Numbered from the whole stretch's first letter, positions 27,045 to 40,511 are shown. The stretch is 63,753 nucleotides of DNA, filler included, from Octopus bimaculoides (GCF_001194135.2; 6 parts of 6 records of this genome joined end to end with filler, not necessarily neighbours in it); one strand, 5' to 3'. Notes: generated by a model from the sequence alone, not told the origin. Program-made: numbers and translations.

Positions 27045-27485
27045 GCGGTGAGCTGGCAGAATCGGTAACACACCCGGTGAAATGCTTAGCGGTATTTCGT
27101 CTGCCGCAACGTTCTGAGTACAAATTCCGCCGAGGTCGACTTTGCCTTTCATNNNNNNNNNNGTGAAATGCTTAGCGGTATTTCGTCTGCCGCAACGTTC
27201 TGAGTTCAAATTCCACCGAGGTCGACTTTGCCTTTCATCCTTTCGGGGTCGATAAATTAAGTACCAGTTACGCACTGGGGTTGATGTAATCGACTTAATC
27301 CCTTTGTCTGTCCTTGTTTGTCCCCTCTATGTTTAGCCCCTTGTGGGCAATAAAGAAATAGGTATTTCGTCTGCCGCAACGTTCTGAGTACAAATTCCGC
27401 CGAGGTCGACTTTGCCTTTCATTCTTTCGGGGTCGATGAAATAAGTACCAGTTACACACTGGAGTCGATGTAATCGACTAGCCCC
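27045..27485 (+). mobile_element. SINE family A tandem units in gene B intron 1
   Basis: Three overlapping family A cores. Confidence 0.8.
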
Positions 27486-27489
27486 CTTA

Positions 27490-30130
27490 CTGGGTGACAG
27501 TACCAGCCTCACTTTCCTTTTCAGGTGGAACCTGAAATAGTCAATGAGGCCTTGACCAAAGATGGTTGGTACCCATCTTCAACCCTTTCAATCGTGTCCG
27601 CCACAAAACCTCTTTTGTCATAGCCACCAGACAGAAAAATTACCCTCCCTTCCCGGTCAAAGGAAGGAGGCGATCTTCACAATGGACTCGGACAATAACT
27701 GGATCCGTCCTACACGTGACAATAACTGTTCTACAGAGATCCACAAGTCAGCAATGTGCGGATACTGTACGAGAGCATGCAGAACGGTTACATTGTTCCG
27801 CGTGCATCTCGGACAAGCCTGACTGACTGTACACCTGTGCCTGTAGAACTTATCTCGAACTGGCAGCGCCCTCCGGTAGCATTGCCAGGCCAGGTATTTC
27901 TGGAAGTTATCCATAGTTCCTGGCCCGAAAGTCCTCCGGAAGAGACCAGCCAGTTGATTCTCCTCGACATCCAGGACCTCTCCGAGTACGTCGTTGCTCT
28001 CGCCCTTCACTAATCCCCTATAGAACTCCAAGGTGAAACTTCCACCGACCGCATTTCCCGAGTGGCCGAGGATTGTGAGCGCTTGGAAACACTGTAGGTG
28101 TCAAGCACACTGCCTCGATCTACGTCTGATCCAAGAAGGTAGCTCCGTCAAGGAGACGAGCTGCGGAAAAAGCGCGTTCAACAAACGACGACTACACCTG
28201 ATCACCGTTAAGGTATCGCTGGAGATGTCGCAGTCTCANNNNNNNNNNNNNNNNNNNNNNNNNNNNNNNNNNNNNNNNNNNNNNNNNNNNNNNNNNNNNN
28301 NNNNNNNNNNNNNNNNNNNNNNNNNNNNNNNNNNNNNNNNNNNNNNNNNNNNNNNNNNNNNNNNNNNNNNNNNNNNNNNNNNNNNNNNNNNNNNNNNNNN
28401 NNNNNNNNNNNNNNNNNNNNNNNNNNNNNNNNNNNNNNNNNNNNNNNNNNNNNNNNNNNNNNNNNNNNNNNNNNNNNNNNNNNNNNNNNNNNNNNNNNNN
28501 NNNNNNNNNNNNNNNNNNNNNNNNNNNNNNNNNNNNNNNTCTGTCACCTCGCCCCAGTTCTTGTCCACTTGGAGATCTGGACTGAACCAGACCCCGAGCA
28601 ACTTAACAGGTCCTTCCGTCCAGCGCCCCACCAAGCTGTCGGTTGGCATGGGCCTGCCTCTCCTGGTGCCGAGCTACAGGCCCACTGACTTCTCCTAGTT
28701 GATCATTGCTCCTGTCACCGCTTCGTATTCCCTTAGGGTAGTGTCGACCATCTCGACTTCCGCGATGTCCGACACTATCACGGTGACGTCGTCCGTATAC
28801 CCTGACATAAACCCTCTGCATCCCAGTTCACGCAGGATGCCCCTCGAAACCTCCAGCTTCCAAAATAATGGCTCGAGTGCCAGTATGTAGAGAAGCGGTC
28901 AGAGTGGGCATCCTTGATGGACCGAACGTGCGATACTAAACGATTCCGAGAGATGGCTATTTACTTTGACCACCGAACAGATGTCGCTGTACATTGGAGC
29001 GATCCAGCCTCTGAAAACAGCCTCCAAATACAGATGGTCGACCCTATCAAAAACTTTCGATTGATACAAATGGGTCAGGGGCCCACCCATGAAAGGTTCT
29101 TTACTAACTCTCTCTATAATGTATCGCGTGAGGTGGAGGTTATCGTATATAGTTCTGCTGGGGATAGCGCAAGTCTACGCATCACCCATCGTAAGTGTCC
29201 CGTTGAACCACAATCGTGGCACCTCGGCCTTCTGCCCGCCATGTTCACCCTTAGTTCTACTCCATTCGATAGGGAAATCAGGTCTGGGACTTTCTCTAAC
29301 TGCTCTGGCTTCACGTGGAGAATAACTTCCAAGGTAGTCCCAACCCAATTCTCCTTCCTCGATTTTTTAACATCCAGGAGATTCTCTCCCCCGTCCGTAC
29401 AAATACAGGCGAGAATCCACCATAAATCCAGGCCCGGTGGGACACCAGGTCCCATAATTCGCACCGTCCTTCTTCCCATGTACGTTGGGAAGAGAACGAT
29501 TTCATCGGTGCGTCACGTGGTCACCGAGCTCTGTCCCTCGATTTTAAAGAGGACCTCTATTCCGCCGTACTGCCTCGCAATGTGGTGGATACCCTGTCTT
29601 TCAAGGCTTTTTCCACCTGGTCACGCTTAGAATTTTCGAGTTTCCTTTTCTTTGTGTTCACACACCTGTAGACAACTGTCCGTTTGGCTGTTGGTTCAAG
29701 CATGTCGCTTGGAGGCGTCAGTTCTACCTTCCTTCCATTCATTTTCATATATTTTGCTGCCTTGTTTAGTTTTTCTATTTTGTTCTCCAATGAGATGTTA
29801 ACTAATTCCTTAGCTGCCGTGTCTCTTTCCCGCCGCTAACTCTATTTTTGTTAGACTCTTCGTAGCAGTTGCTTTCAATGTTATTCTTCGTGCTACTACA
29901 CTTTCTATGTAGGGAGGAAGACTTCACTCCTTCCTTCCTCTCACCTTCTTTCTGCTTTTCATCTTCTTTCTTCTTTTCTTGACTCTCCACTTCATCATCA
30001 TCATCATCATCATCTTCTTCTTCTTCTTCTCATCCTGATGTCTATTGCCAATCATGGTGGGGAGGACAGGGAAGTCCTCATGCAAATTGCTGTACCACCT
30101 TCCTTCCTCACTCCCGCTTTTCGTCGCCAT
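27490..30130 (-). mobile_element. Tx1/L1-like non-LTR retrotransposon, internally deleted
   Basis: ORF1 with CHDCGSTGH knuckle; RT motifs YQSKVFDRVDH, SVHQGCPL, LLGVWFSPDLQVDKNW; C-terminal LAWQCYRRALPVRDK...CPRC...VLHALVQ. Confidence 0.9.
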
Positions 30131-30279
30131 CTTCAATGCATTTTGTCCGACATGCTAACGATTCTACCAGCTAACCGATTTATTTTTCTTGTACCATTTA
30201 GCCATTTGTAATGAATCAATTTACATATGATTCTTTTATCCTACTTTGTACATTGTGAAATTTTTGTTTCATTCTTTAG

Positions 30280-30467
30280 ATACAGGCATGTCATTTTTCA
30301 CAGTTGGACCCATCAAAGATGTTATTCAAAAAGGGAGGCAACTTTTTTTGGATCAAGGTGCTCAAAATATAGTAAAATCTGGTACAGTTCCTTACAACAG
30401 TAGTTTGGCAGTCAGTTATGGGAAGTTAGACAAAGAAAACTTCATAATGATGGGTCATTATGTACAG
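30280..30467 (+). CDS. Gene B exon 2 (phase 1-0)
   Basis: tttttgtttcattctttag|AT ACA GGC...CAG|gtttgt; DTGMSFFTVGPIKDVIQKGRQLFLDQG...ENFIMMGHYVQ; 188 nt. Confidence 0.8.
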
Positions 30468-30501
30468 GTTTGTATTTCGTATGATAATAATAATAATAAT
30501 G

Positions 30502-30553
<52 letters not shown>

Positions 30554-31088
30554 GTATCTGTGTGAGAGAGTGAGAGGGAGGACAAAGCGAATCGCAATGA
30601 AAAACAGTATATTAATAAACAAAATACCCCGGAGAAACTGAGAGTATTCTAACAACTTAACTTTGTTGAAAACGAATCAAAGTTGAGATGATGCGCATGA
30701 TCATTCTGAACCCGTTCCAGCAGATTTAAACACAAATATGTTAATCGCTGTTGCATTTCGCCATCAGAGAATAACTTCTCCCTTCAGGTAATATATGTTG
30801 ACAAAACACTCGATTCAGTGGTGGGGTGGACTTTGAGACGTCGTTGTTTCGATATAAATTGTATCTTTTCAGTCAAAGTTATCCCTGGGTTTCTAAACCA
30901 GCAAAGAAATTATTTGCTGATGCGTAAAACAACGAGAATCAAAACGAAAACTAAATACAACAGCAATTATCATTTTCACGTGCAAATCTACTTGCGTAGA
31001 TTAAGAGTAAATATGTAAATCCTTCTCGCTATTTAATTCAATAATTGTTTTTGTATTTTTTTAATATTCCTCCTTTCTTTAATTTTAG

Positions 31089-31253
31089 GTGATGATGGTT
31101 ACATGCAAGAATATTCTTCAGGGCTACAGCGAAGAAAATCCAATTCATATAAAAGATTTCATTTACCAAATGAAACATTCGGGGCTTCTCCAAGTCGCTA
31201 ACAGAACTGAAATACAACAAATAAGCATTGATTTTATAAGTGCTGACAAAATG
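31089..31253 (+). CDS. Gene B exon 3 (55 codons)
   Basis: ttctttaattttag|GTG...ATG|gtaagt; VMMVTCKNILQGYSEENPIHIKDFIYQMKHSGLLQVANRTEIQQISIDFISADKM. Confidence 0.9.
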
Positions 31254-31289
31254 GTAAGTTCATTTCACGAAAATAATTGAAAACATCCG

Positions 31290-31860
31290 AGTTGTTTATT
31301 CTTCTGTTGTTAACTTTACTGAGGTCAACTTTACCTTTCATCCTTACAAGGTCGATAAAATAAGTACCAGTTGAACACTTGTACGATATAATTGACTAAC
31401 CCCCTTCTTTCCCATGAAATTTCAGATCTTGTGCCTATAGTTGATAGGATTATTTGTTGTATAAGAAGCTGGCCATCTAAATCGTTAAAGTGTAGGAAAA
31501 ACGCTTTTTTTCTTTTCTTTTTTGGCATTTTTTCCAAATCGTTGTATTCTGAGTTCAAAGTTCAAACTTGACTTTAATCCCTGTAAAATTGCTGTCCTTT
31601 TGCCTAAATTAAGAAAAAAATCATTGTTACTATTATCAAGGTGGCAAGCTTGTAAAATTGTTGGCGCTTGAGACAAAATGCTTAGCAGCGTTTCTTGCGA
31701 TTCTTTACAGTCCGAGTTGAAATTCCGTCGAGGTTGGTTTTGTATTTCATCCTTTTGAGATCGATAAAATAAGTACTACTTGAGCACTTGAGCCGATGTG
31801 ATCAACTTAACCACTCCCCTAAAATTGTTGACCATATGCCAAAATTTAAAACCATCATTA
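31290..31860 (+). mobile_element. Two decayed SINE family A copies in gene B intron 3
   Basis: Cores cctttcatccttacaaggtcgataaaataagtaccag and tttcatccttttgagatcgataaaataagtac. Confidence 0.6.
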
Positions 31861-31908
31861 TTATTGTTATTGTTGTTGTTCATGTTGTTGTTATTTATTG
31901 TTTTTAAG

Positions 31909-32100
31909 GCTGAAAGACTACAAAACAGATATCAGCAGGATTTAGTGAAAAAAGAAGACATATTACAACATTTTGGACTGGAATTACAAGATTTTGCCAA
32001 TATTGTTTCTACTGCAGATGCCGATGAAATTTTAACTAACCAGACTGTACTTGACATCAACTTGTTAGTACTTCCTGGGGACTTCGATGATAGTTTGAAG
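31909..32100 (+). CDS. Gene B exon 4 (64 codons)
   Basis: ttattgtttttaag|GCT...AAG|gtaagt; AERLQNRYQQDLVKKEDILQHFGLELQDFANIVS...TNQTVLDINLLVLPGDFDDSLK. Confidence 0.9.
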
Positions 32101-33379
32101 GTAAGTATTTGAATAATTCAAACACTAGATTTAAATTATTTATATTAAGGCTAAATCACACGTCCTTGTTTAACTCGTTGCTAGAGTCAAACACTTTCCT
32201 GCACACTTTAGGAACTTAGAAGTAGAAAGCGGAAGCTGTGAGGGAAGAGGTTGGAAAGAGAAGGGAAAAGTATTATAAGGATAGGTAGATTACACGGACG
32301 GACAGTCAGACAGCTAGATAGAGAGATAAATAGAGAGAGTAGATAGAGCAGCAGTGAAAGACAAAGAGAGAAAGAGAGAAAAAAAATTGTCAGCTTATAG
32401 TCGAGCAGATAATGAAGTATAAAGAGGAATAACAGACTTAGAGTGGAATAAATAGCAGGAGTAAATGATAAATGAGGAGTTGGAAAAAAGAAAGATAAAG
32501 CTCTACAATTGAGAGATAATGTAATAGGGAGGTAATTTGATAAAATAACAGAGATATAAAGAGTAAGCGAATGAGTGAGTGAGAGTAAACAAATATAGGG
32601 AGAAGAGAGTAAGAAAGAAATTAGTCTGATAACGAAGTGCCTGATGAAGAAGCGAAGTGAAGGCAGATTTTAAGTGAGGGAAGAAAAGCGGGTTCGTTAT
32701 ATTTAATAAGAGAAAAATTAGTGAGCGAGCAAGTGAGTGAGTGAGTGAGAATAATACAGGAGAGTGTGGGTGTGAGAATGTGAAACTGATTGACTTGGAA
32801 CTGCAGAATGAAAAGGGAGATTATATTCTGAAAAAGTCAATACTCTACCTACAGGAATTGATGAGAAGAATTGGTCGGCAAATAACAGCGCATAACATAG
32901 GGTTTAAAAAACCCTTGAATGAAAAAAGACAGAAAGCTACCTTTGGAGCTCGAACCACGCATCTATTGTAGCCCAGCCTGTGTAGTTTACGTATATGTGC
33001 AGACCGAGTCTGACAGGTATCTTATATTTTGATGGGTTTTCTTTTCCGTCAAAGGGATGATTTTTAATCCTATATATTTTGAGCTATTATTTACTGTTGG
33101 ATTAGCATTCGAGATATATGGTTGTAGAAAACTTATTAGTATATATATATATATAGCATTCAATACATATATACTTACGAAGTCCCTTACGTTTACGTTG
33201 TATACTTTGTGTGAAATGTAACTTTTTGTTTGTTCCTACATTTTCTCAAAACAGTAAATCAAGCATCGAGTTATTTATTGATAAACGAAATATAAAAAAA
33301 AAAAACACAATCATATCCATATTTCAGTTTTTTAATCTATTTTAACAACTGTTCCATTCTTTCTTCCTTTTCTTTTCAG

Positions 33380-33580
33380 GTACACCACCTGGAATTTAAA
33401 ATTTCTAGAGAATCATATCAAGCCCCAGGATTTGAAACGAACCAAAATTTCGTCAATGGTACATTTTACAGCATTGAGTTTGAACCGAATGAAGAGGCAA
33501 TCAATGAACAGAATCCGGAATCGTATCAAGTGGCCGTAGTTAACATGTTAAAACGTATGCCTTCCAAAGATGAACTATAA
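33380..33580 (+). CDS. Gene B terminal exon (66 codons + TAA), ends in KDEL; putative Cyt/volvatoxin-fold protein paralog B, 268 aa
   Basis: ttcttccttttcttttcag|GTA; VHHLEFKISRESYQAPGFETNQNFVNGTFYSIEFEPNEEAINEQNPESYQVAVVNMLKRMPSKDEL*. Confidence 0.9.
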   Translation, partial: VHHLEFKISRESYQAPGFETNQNFVNGTFYSIEFEPNEEAINEQNPESYQVAVVNMLKRMPSKDEL

Positions 33581-34894
33581 ACATTTTATAGAATATTTTT
33601 ATTATTCTTCTCATTAATATTATTATTGTTGTTGTTGCTATAGTTGTCTTTGATTTAACAATGTGTCTATGTATCAACTTTTCTTTCGATCTATGTATCT
33701 ACTGTCTCTCCCTCTCTTTCTCTCTCACTTCCTCTGTGTTACTCCTCTCACCGCTTCTGTCTATTATATATCCTCGAGTTCACTCCAAAAGTGACACCGA
33801 GGATATGGTAGAAGATACTCGTCCAAGATATAATGCTTTAAGATCGAACTCGGAACCATGTAGTTACAAAACAAACTTCCTTACCATACGGCCGCGGCAA
33901 CGCCCAACAAAATATTTTAAATTATATATTCGAATTATTGTAATCACATTCATGAAATGCTGTAATATTTTTCTTTTAAATAAAACGTATAGACATTAGA
34001 TAGTAAAATTTATGAGTGATTTCAACGATTTCTTCCATTGTTTTGCATGGATTCGCCATTTTCTATCATGGACAAAGCAGTCGCCAATTTTTACGATACG
34101 GGATTACTACTAAATTATATGCGCGCGTCTATGGTGTGTGTATAAAATCCATACATGGTTTTAAACATGGAAACATTACCCAACTCAGCTGAATATCTAT
34201 GTAAATTGGATCCTGGTCATTTAAATATGAACTTTTCTTCTAATTCAAGACTTCCTTTAGCTGCAACACTACAAAAATGTATACAGTGAAACCTTTTTCT
34301 ATACAAAAGACTCAAACAAGAATGTTATCATTTTTTTTCTCTATATTTCCTTTTCACTTGTACTATATATGTGAATCTTACCTTATGAATACGCACACTA
34401 ATATATCTATGTGCTGACTATTTTCCTAATTTTATTTCCATACATGTAAATACATAGAATAAAACTCTTTTCCTCCTTATATTGAAAATATTGTTTTAAT
34501 TACACTATATATATATAAATACAAAATGGGACAAGAACGCAAAACATCCGGACAGTTAGGTGATACAAAAATGGGATAACAAAACCTCCAGATAGACGAT
34601 ACAAAGAAAACAAGGACGGGTCATTCAAAGTTTTCTTTCCTCAGTCGAGTACCAGATTATCTTCGCAATTTCGGCTGATTGTACTCGAGATTGCTCCAAT
34701 ATGGCCAGCCCCAAGGAAAAACTAAGCTAAGAGCATTAGATTCATTGGAAGAAAGCAGCGAATATATACAAAAACAAGGACGAAAAAAAAAAGGAAAATG
34801 TTACACAAATACAATAAAATGAAACAGGACATAACAACAGGTGTCTTTCGACTAAGGACGAATTAAATTAAGCTCGCGTGTGTGGAAAAAAAGT

Positions 34895-35235
34895 CTTACC
34901 CGTCGGTTACGACGACGAAGCTTCCAGTTGATCCGATCAACGGAACAGCCTGCTCGTGAAATTAACGTGCAAGTGGCTGAGCACTCCACAGACACATGTA
35001 CCCTTAACATAGTTCTCGAGGAGATTCAGCGTGACAAGGCTGGCCCTTTGAAATACAGGTACAACAGAAACAGGAAGAAAGAGTGGGAGAAAGTTGTGGT
35101 GAAAGAGTACAGCAGGGTTCGTCCCGCCCCCTGCCGGAGCCTCGTGGAGCTTTAGGTGTTTTCGCTCAATAAACACTCACAACGCCCGCTCTGGGAATCG
35201 AAATTGCTATCCTACAGCCACTGGGCCATTACGCC
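34895..35235 (-). mobile_element. tRNA-derived SINE, family C
   Basis: Reverse complement of 50449-50830. Confidence 0.8.
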
Positions 35236-35363
35236 TTCTGTGTATATATATAAATATATATATNNNNNNNNNNNNNNNNNNNNNNNNNNNNNNNNNNNNN
35301 NNNNNNNTTAATTAATTAANNNNNNNNNNNNNNNNNNNNNNNNNNNNNNNNNNNNNNNNNNNN

Positions 35364-35402
<39 letters not shown>

Positions 35403-35956
35403 AGGCTTTAGATAATTCTTAATCCTGATGTTTCAGTGATTTACATAATGGATGTGTATGTACGTGTACATGTATATGTGCACATGTGTGTGTGTGTGTG
35501 TGTATATGAACATATATATATATGAATACATATATATATGTATATATACACATACCTATATATATATATTATACATAATATATACACACCTGTATATGCT
35601 CTGACACAAACTTACAACGTATAGATCCCCTCTCACTCATAATAAAAAATCTCGGCCCAATCTCAAATTAGGGTTCATTGTCGATTTCTTGGATAAATAA
35701 ATCAATAGCCCTACCAAATTAGGATTTTATTCGAACCCTACCCCATTATGTTTCTATTAATTCCCTGATTATATTATTATTATTATTATTATTATTATAT
35801 CGTTATATCTTGCTTTTGCCTTAAATTACAGAAGCTGCACCTATGTGGCCAAAAGGATTATTATTATTATTATTGTTGTATTCTTTCTTCTCGTTACTAT
35901 TATATTAAGCCTGGTACTTAAATCAGAAATTCTTATTAACATCATCATCCTCATCG

Positions 35957-36017
<61 letters not shown>

Positions 36018-36439
36018 CTTCTTAACAAAATAACTGAAGGTGAAAAGAGGAATTGTAACGAAATGAACCCCCACAAGGAGATTGAACTCGATTGCTAAAT
36101 AAACGAATCCCTTCTTTGATTAGACACCTCACCCAACTCCCCTTTTTCCCTTTCCACACATTTTCTTATATATTTTGCGGTTTCTTTTTCAAGAATCGTT
36201 AGAGTATCGAGGAACATGCCTTGTGATATTTCTTCAAACTTTTCATGTTCTGAGTTCAAATCCGGCGGAATCAATCTTTGCTTTTTATTTTTTCTAGGGT
36301 TGATAAAAAACTGTACCAGTCATTTACTGAGATCGATTTAATCTACTAACCTGCCCTCGCTCAAAATCTCTGGTTTTGTTTCTGTATGAGAAATTATCGT
36401 TTTTATGAAAACTGTTACTTGCTAATTTAATTAACAGGG

Positions 36440-37330
36440 ATGTTGTCTTGAGGTGTGATGACAACAAGTCTTCTCACATTCCAACCAACTTCTTTAGGAT
36501 TCCTGCAGAAAATAAGAAGGTTACTTTTCTACGGGTCGACAATGCAAGCTTCAATTCCAATCTCTTCCAGTCCTTTGGGTAGTTCTTTCGGTGTTGTACC
36601 AAGTGCACCAGTTTTCACAGAAATAATTATCATCTTAGGCCTTCACGGTCTCTTGTTGCTAAGTCCTGATATTTCTTAATTTATTTTCAATTTCTTTGGT
36701 ATCCACTCCATTATCATACGGTAATCTACGATCTTACACTTATTTTTTTTATTGTCTACATTAATATCTAATCTTTTTTGCTTCAATAATATGATCAGTC
36801 TTAATAGGGAAGTCTCACAAAATCCTGTGATTCTTACTTTTTAACATGGTTTCTGACTCGTGTTTATACCACTTTTTTCTGCTACTTTGAATCCACACTC
36901 TCAACTAACATCCTAAATACACTCTTTTACCGACAGACTCCTGTCTGTACTGATATTCTTTTTGTACTATCTTACAACACTCAGTTCAGAGATGGTTGTT
37001 CATACTTTCGTCTCCTTTCCCACAGGTTCTGCGTTTGCTCTCTGATGGTTTTAGCAATCATTACTTTTATCAACTTCATCCTAATGGCTTGGTCCTAAGC
37101 GGCTATTAGCGATTCCATTTCTCATTCCAGTTTTCCGCCAGTCAGTTACATCCGGCATGGATTAGTCATGTGATTCCATTCTTTCCAGCGACTTCTGTTG
37201 TTCTTTCGTCTGTTCTCGAATTGTCCAACCGTTTCAATAGCTTTTAGGATATTTCTAACCACCGAGTATTCTTTCTTCACTTCGTACGTCACTAAGGCTT
37301 TCAAAACTGATATCACACAACTAATGGCGT
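36440..37330 (-). mobile_element. RLE-type (R4/Dong-like) LINE 3' fragment
   Basis: Minus: KWYKHESETML...RIL*DFPIKTDHIIEAKRLDI...KYQDL...TGALGTTPKELPKGLEEIGI. Confidence 0.75.
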
Positions 37331-37394
37331 CTTCTGCATTCAACAACCCACACTCACTTTCCTTTTTGTTAGTTTTCTTTTTCTTTTATTCTTC

Positions 37395-37775
37395 TATTTG
37401 TTTCAGTCATTTGACTGCGGCCATGCTGGAGCACTGCCTTAAAGGGTTTTAGCCGGAGAAATCGACCCCAGGAGTTATTCCTTGTAAACCTTGTACTTAT
37501 TCTATTGGTCTCTTTTGCCGAACCGCTAAGTTAAGAGGACGTAAACACACCAACATCGATTGTCAAGCGATGGTAAGGGTACAAACACAGACACAAAGAT
37601 ACACACACACACATACACGGTGGGCTTCTTTCAGTTTCCGTCTACCAAATCCACTCATAAGGCTCTGGTTGGTCCGAGGCTATAGTAGAAGACACATGCC
37701 CAAGGTGCTATGCAGTGGGACCGAAACCGAAATCATGTGGTTGGGAGGCAAGTTTCTTACCACACAGCCACGCCT
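37395..37775 (-). mobile_element. tRNA-derived SINE, family B
   Basis: Homology to other family B copies. Confidence 0.8.
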
Positions 37776-38159
37776 GTAGAGCCTGACGCTTTTACTTTTA
37801 GGGTGGTTTGTTCGTTGAGCATTGTGAAGGGCTTCCTAGTTCTTCCATTCAAGTTCTGTCTTTGTCCAGTTTAGAAAGTAAAACAGCAACACATCTTACT
37901 GCTGGCATGGTCCAATTTCCATCGACTACATTCACCCACAAGGCATCGGTCAACTCAGAGCTATAGTAGAAGACCTATGACCAAGGTACGGTGTGATGAG
38001 GCTGAACCCGAAACCACATGGCTGCAAAGCGAACTTCTTAACCTCGCAGCCACACCTGCGCCTAATGATAAATGACAGCACAGCAACAAGAACACAAATA
38101 ACGGTAGCAACGATGATTATGATAACGCAAACTACAGCAATAATAATAATAATAACAAT

Positions 38160-38506
38160 AATAATAATCCTTTCTACTATAGGCGCAGGGCTTTAAATTT
38201 TGGGGGTGGGGACTAGTCGATTAGATCGACCCAGTGTTTCACTGGCACTTAATTTATCGACCCCCAAAAAGATGAAAGATAAAGTCGACATCGGCGGAAT
38301 TTGAACTCAGAACGCGAAGACGAAATACGGCTCAGGGTTTGTCCCTGTGTGCTAACCATTCGGCCAGCTCGCCGCCTTCAACAACAACAACAACAATAAT
38401 AATAATAATCCTTTTATTATTAACCATACAGATAACGCCTATTACTACTACTTCTACTACTGCTACCGCTACTACTACCACTTCTACTGCTACCACCACT
38501 ACTACC

Positions 38507-38542
<36 letters not shown>

Positions 38543-39180
38543 GCTACCACTTCTACTGCTACTACCACCACTTCTACTACTACCACTACTACCCCTACCA
38601 CTACAACTACCACCACTACTACTACTACTACTAGATAATGTTTTCTGCCAAGGAGGTAAAATAAAGAAATATTAATGACAGCAATCTTAAACGAATGAAT
38701 GAGGAATAATTTTGGTTATGACGATGATGGTGATGGCTAAGGTATTGTTGTTGTTGTTGTTGGGGGGTGATGGTAAGGGTAATGATGATGACGATGATGA
38801 TGATTGCGGCGGTGGTGTCGATGACGAAAGTAATGTTGATGATGGTGAGATGGTGATGACGTCGGTGGCGGTGGTGGTGGTGGTGGTGCGACCAGTAGAC
38901 ATGCAAATTGTTCCGTTAATTCTCATGTAAAGCAAAAAAATGTTCCGTCGGGACAATTATCTCAATTATAGACTGCAGAGAGGCAGCACGAACACCTTCG
39001 CTACAACAGCAACAACAACTGCAGTATCATCATCAACACCCCCACCACCACCACCACCACCAACAACAACAACATCATCGCCGCTACCTCCACCACTACC
39101 GCCACCACCACCACCGCCGCCAGCAGCAGCACCACCACCAACGATGACAACAAAACGACAACAACAGAAATAGCAATAGC
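38160..39180. repeat. SINE A fragment followed by trinucleotide low-complexity tracts (CTA/ACC/GAT/GGT)
   Basis: Directly visible; source of spurious poly-T/poly-V/poly-P ORFs. Confidence 0.85.
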
Positions 39181-39228
39181 AACACTGCTTGTACGAGTGA
39201 CACTAGTTTACAACTATGACGCGATTAC

Positions 39229-39261
<33 letters not shown>

Positions 39262-40043
39262 NNNNNNNNNNNNNNNNNNNNNNNNNNNNNNNNNNNNNNN
39301 NNNNNTTAATTAATTAANNNNNNNNNNNNNNNNNNNNNNNNNNNNNNNNNNNNNNNNNNNNGTTAGATAGAGGATCATTGATACGATGTTGGACGTCAAT
39401 ATGGTGTAATGTTTTCTCTCTGACTCAGCAATAGTGTTCTGCTTCCGGAAAAAGAAATAAACCAGGAGTGTCCTTCACTGTGACATGTAATAGTTTACTC
39501 GTTTACTTGTTTCAGTCATTTGACTGTGGCCATGCTGCAGCACCGCCTTTTAGTCGAGCAAATCGACCCTGGGACTTATTCTTTGTAAGCCTAGTACTTA
39601 TTCTATCGGTCTCTTCTGCCGAACCGCTAGAGTTACGAACGTCGATTCTTTGAATTCAAAATATTTACTGAATGTATTTTATCGAATCTATTTACATGAA
39701 TCTATTTAGACGTCCATTACATTGGTCAGATGCAGTGTTACCAGAAGAAAAATTTCTGTCGCAACAAGGAACAGGCTTTTTATAAAATTTTACTTACGTA
39801 TAATGAGTCCTCATTACTCCAAGAATTTCATTTTTACCCCACTTGGGGTAATTTATCCCGGTTCACCGACCCCTCCGCTAGGTCTAAAATAATCTCAACA
39901 TTCCGTATGTTACGACGGTGTTTCACGACTGTATCAAGGAAATAAGGTCTGTCATGGCAGATAACATAGTATGCCTATGTATAGTTTTTGCAATATCGTA
40001 TTTGATGTCATTAAAAGACACAGGCATATATATATATATATAT

Positions 40044-40337
40044 ATTACACGTGTATAAGGGATAACCATTAGATGGACATCCAATATGCTAGAAAGCGGT
40101 CATCAACGACCCAACCACAAAGAACACGGATGTTGTTACGTAAGTAAAACGTTAATGTTCGAAAGTGCAGCAGTCCATAGATAATTCCTTATTCTGTATA
40201 TTTCTCATTTTGTTCTGTTCTGACGTTTTGCGAAATATTTCTGGAGAACATTATTTTTCTTTGTGGTTGGGTCGGTGATGACCTCTTTCTAGCATATTGG
40301 ATGTCCACCTAATGGTCATCCCTTATACACGTATAAT
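40044..40337. mobile_element. MITE with about 80-bp terminal inverted repeats, TA-flanked
   Basis: 40044-40124 (tacacgtgtataagggataaccattagatggacatccaatatgctagaaag...acaaagaa) is the near reverse complement of 40257-40337. Confidence 0.8.
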
Positions 40338-40408
40338 ACAATTTTTTCTTAATTTTCAGATTTTTTATATGCTAGGCCACTTGGTTTTAAATTGAATTAA
40401 TATTCAAT

Positions 40409-40454
<46 letters not shown>

Positions 40455-40464
40455 CCTCTCTCTA

Positions 40465-40511
<47 letters not shown>

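Noticed and set aside
28914-29630. 238-aa + strand ORF
   Set aside because: Antisense shadow of the Tx1-like element.
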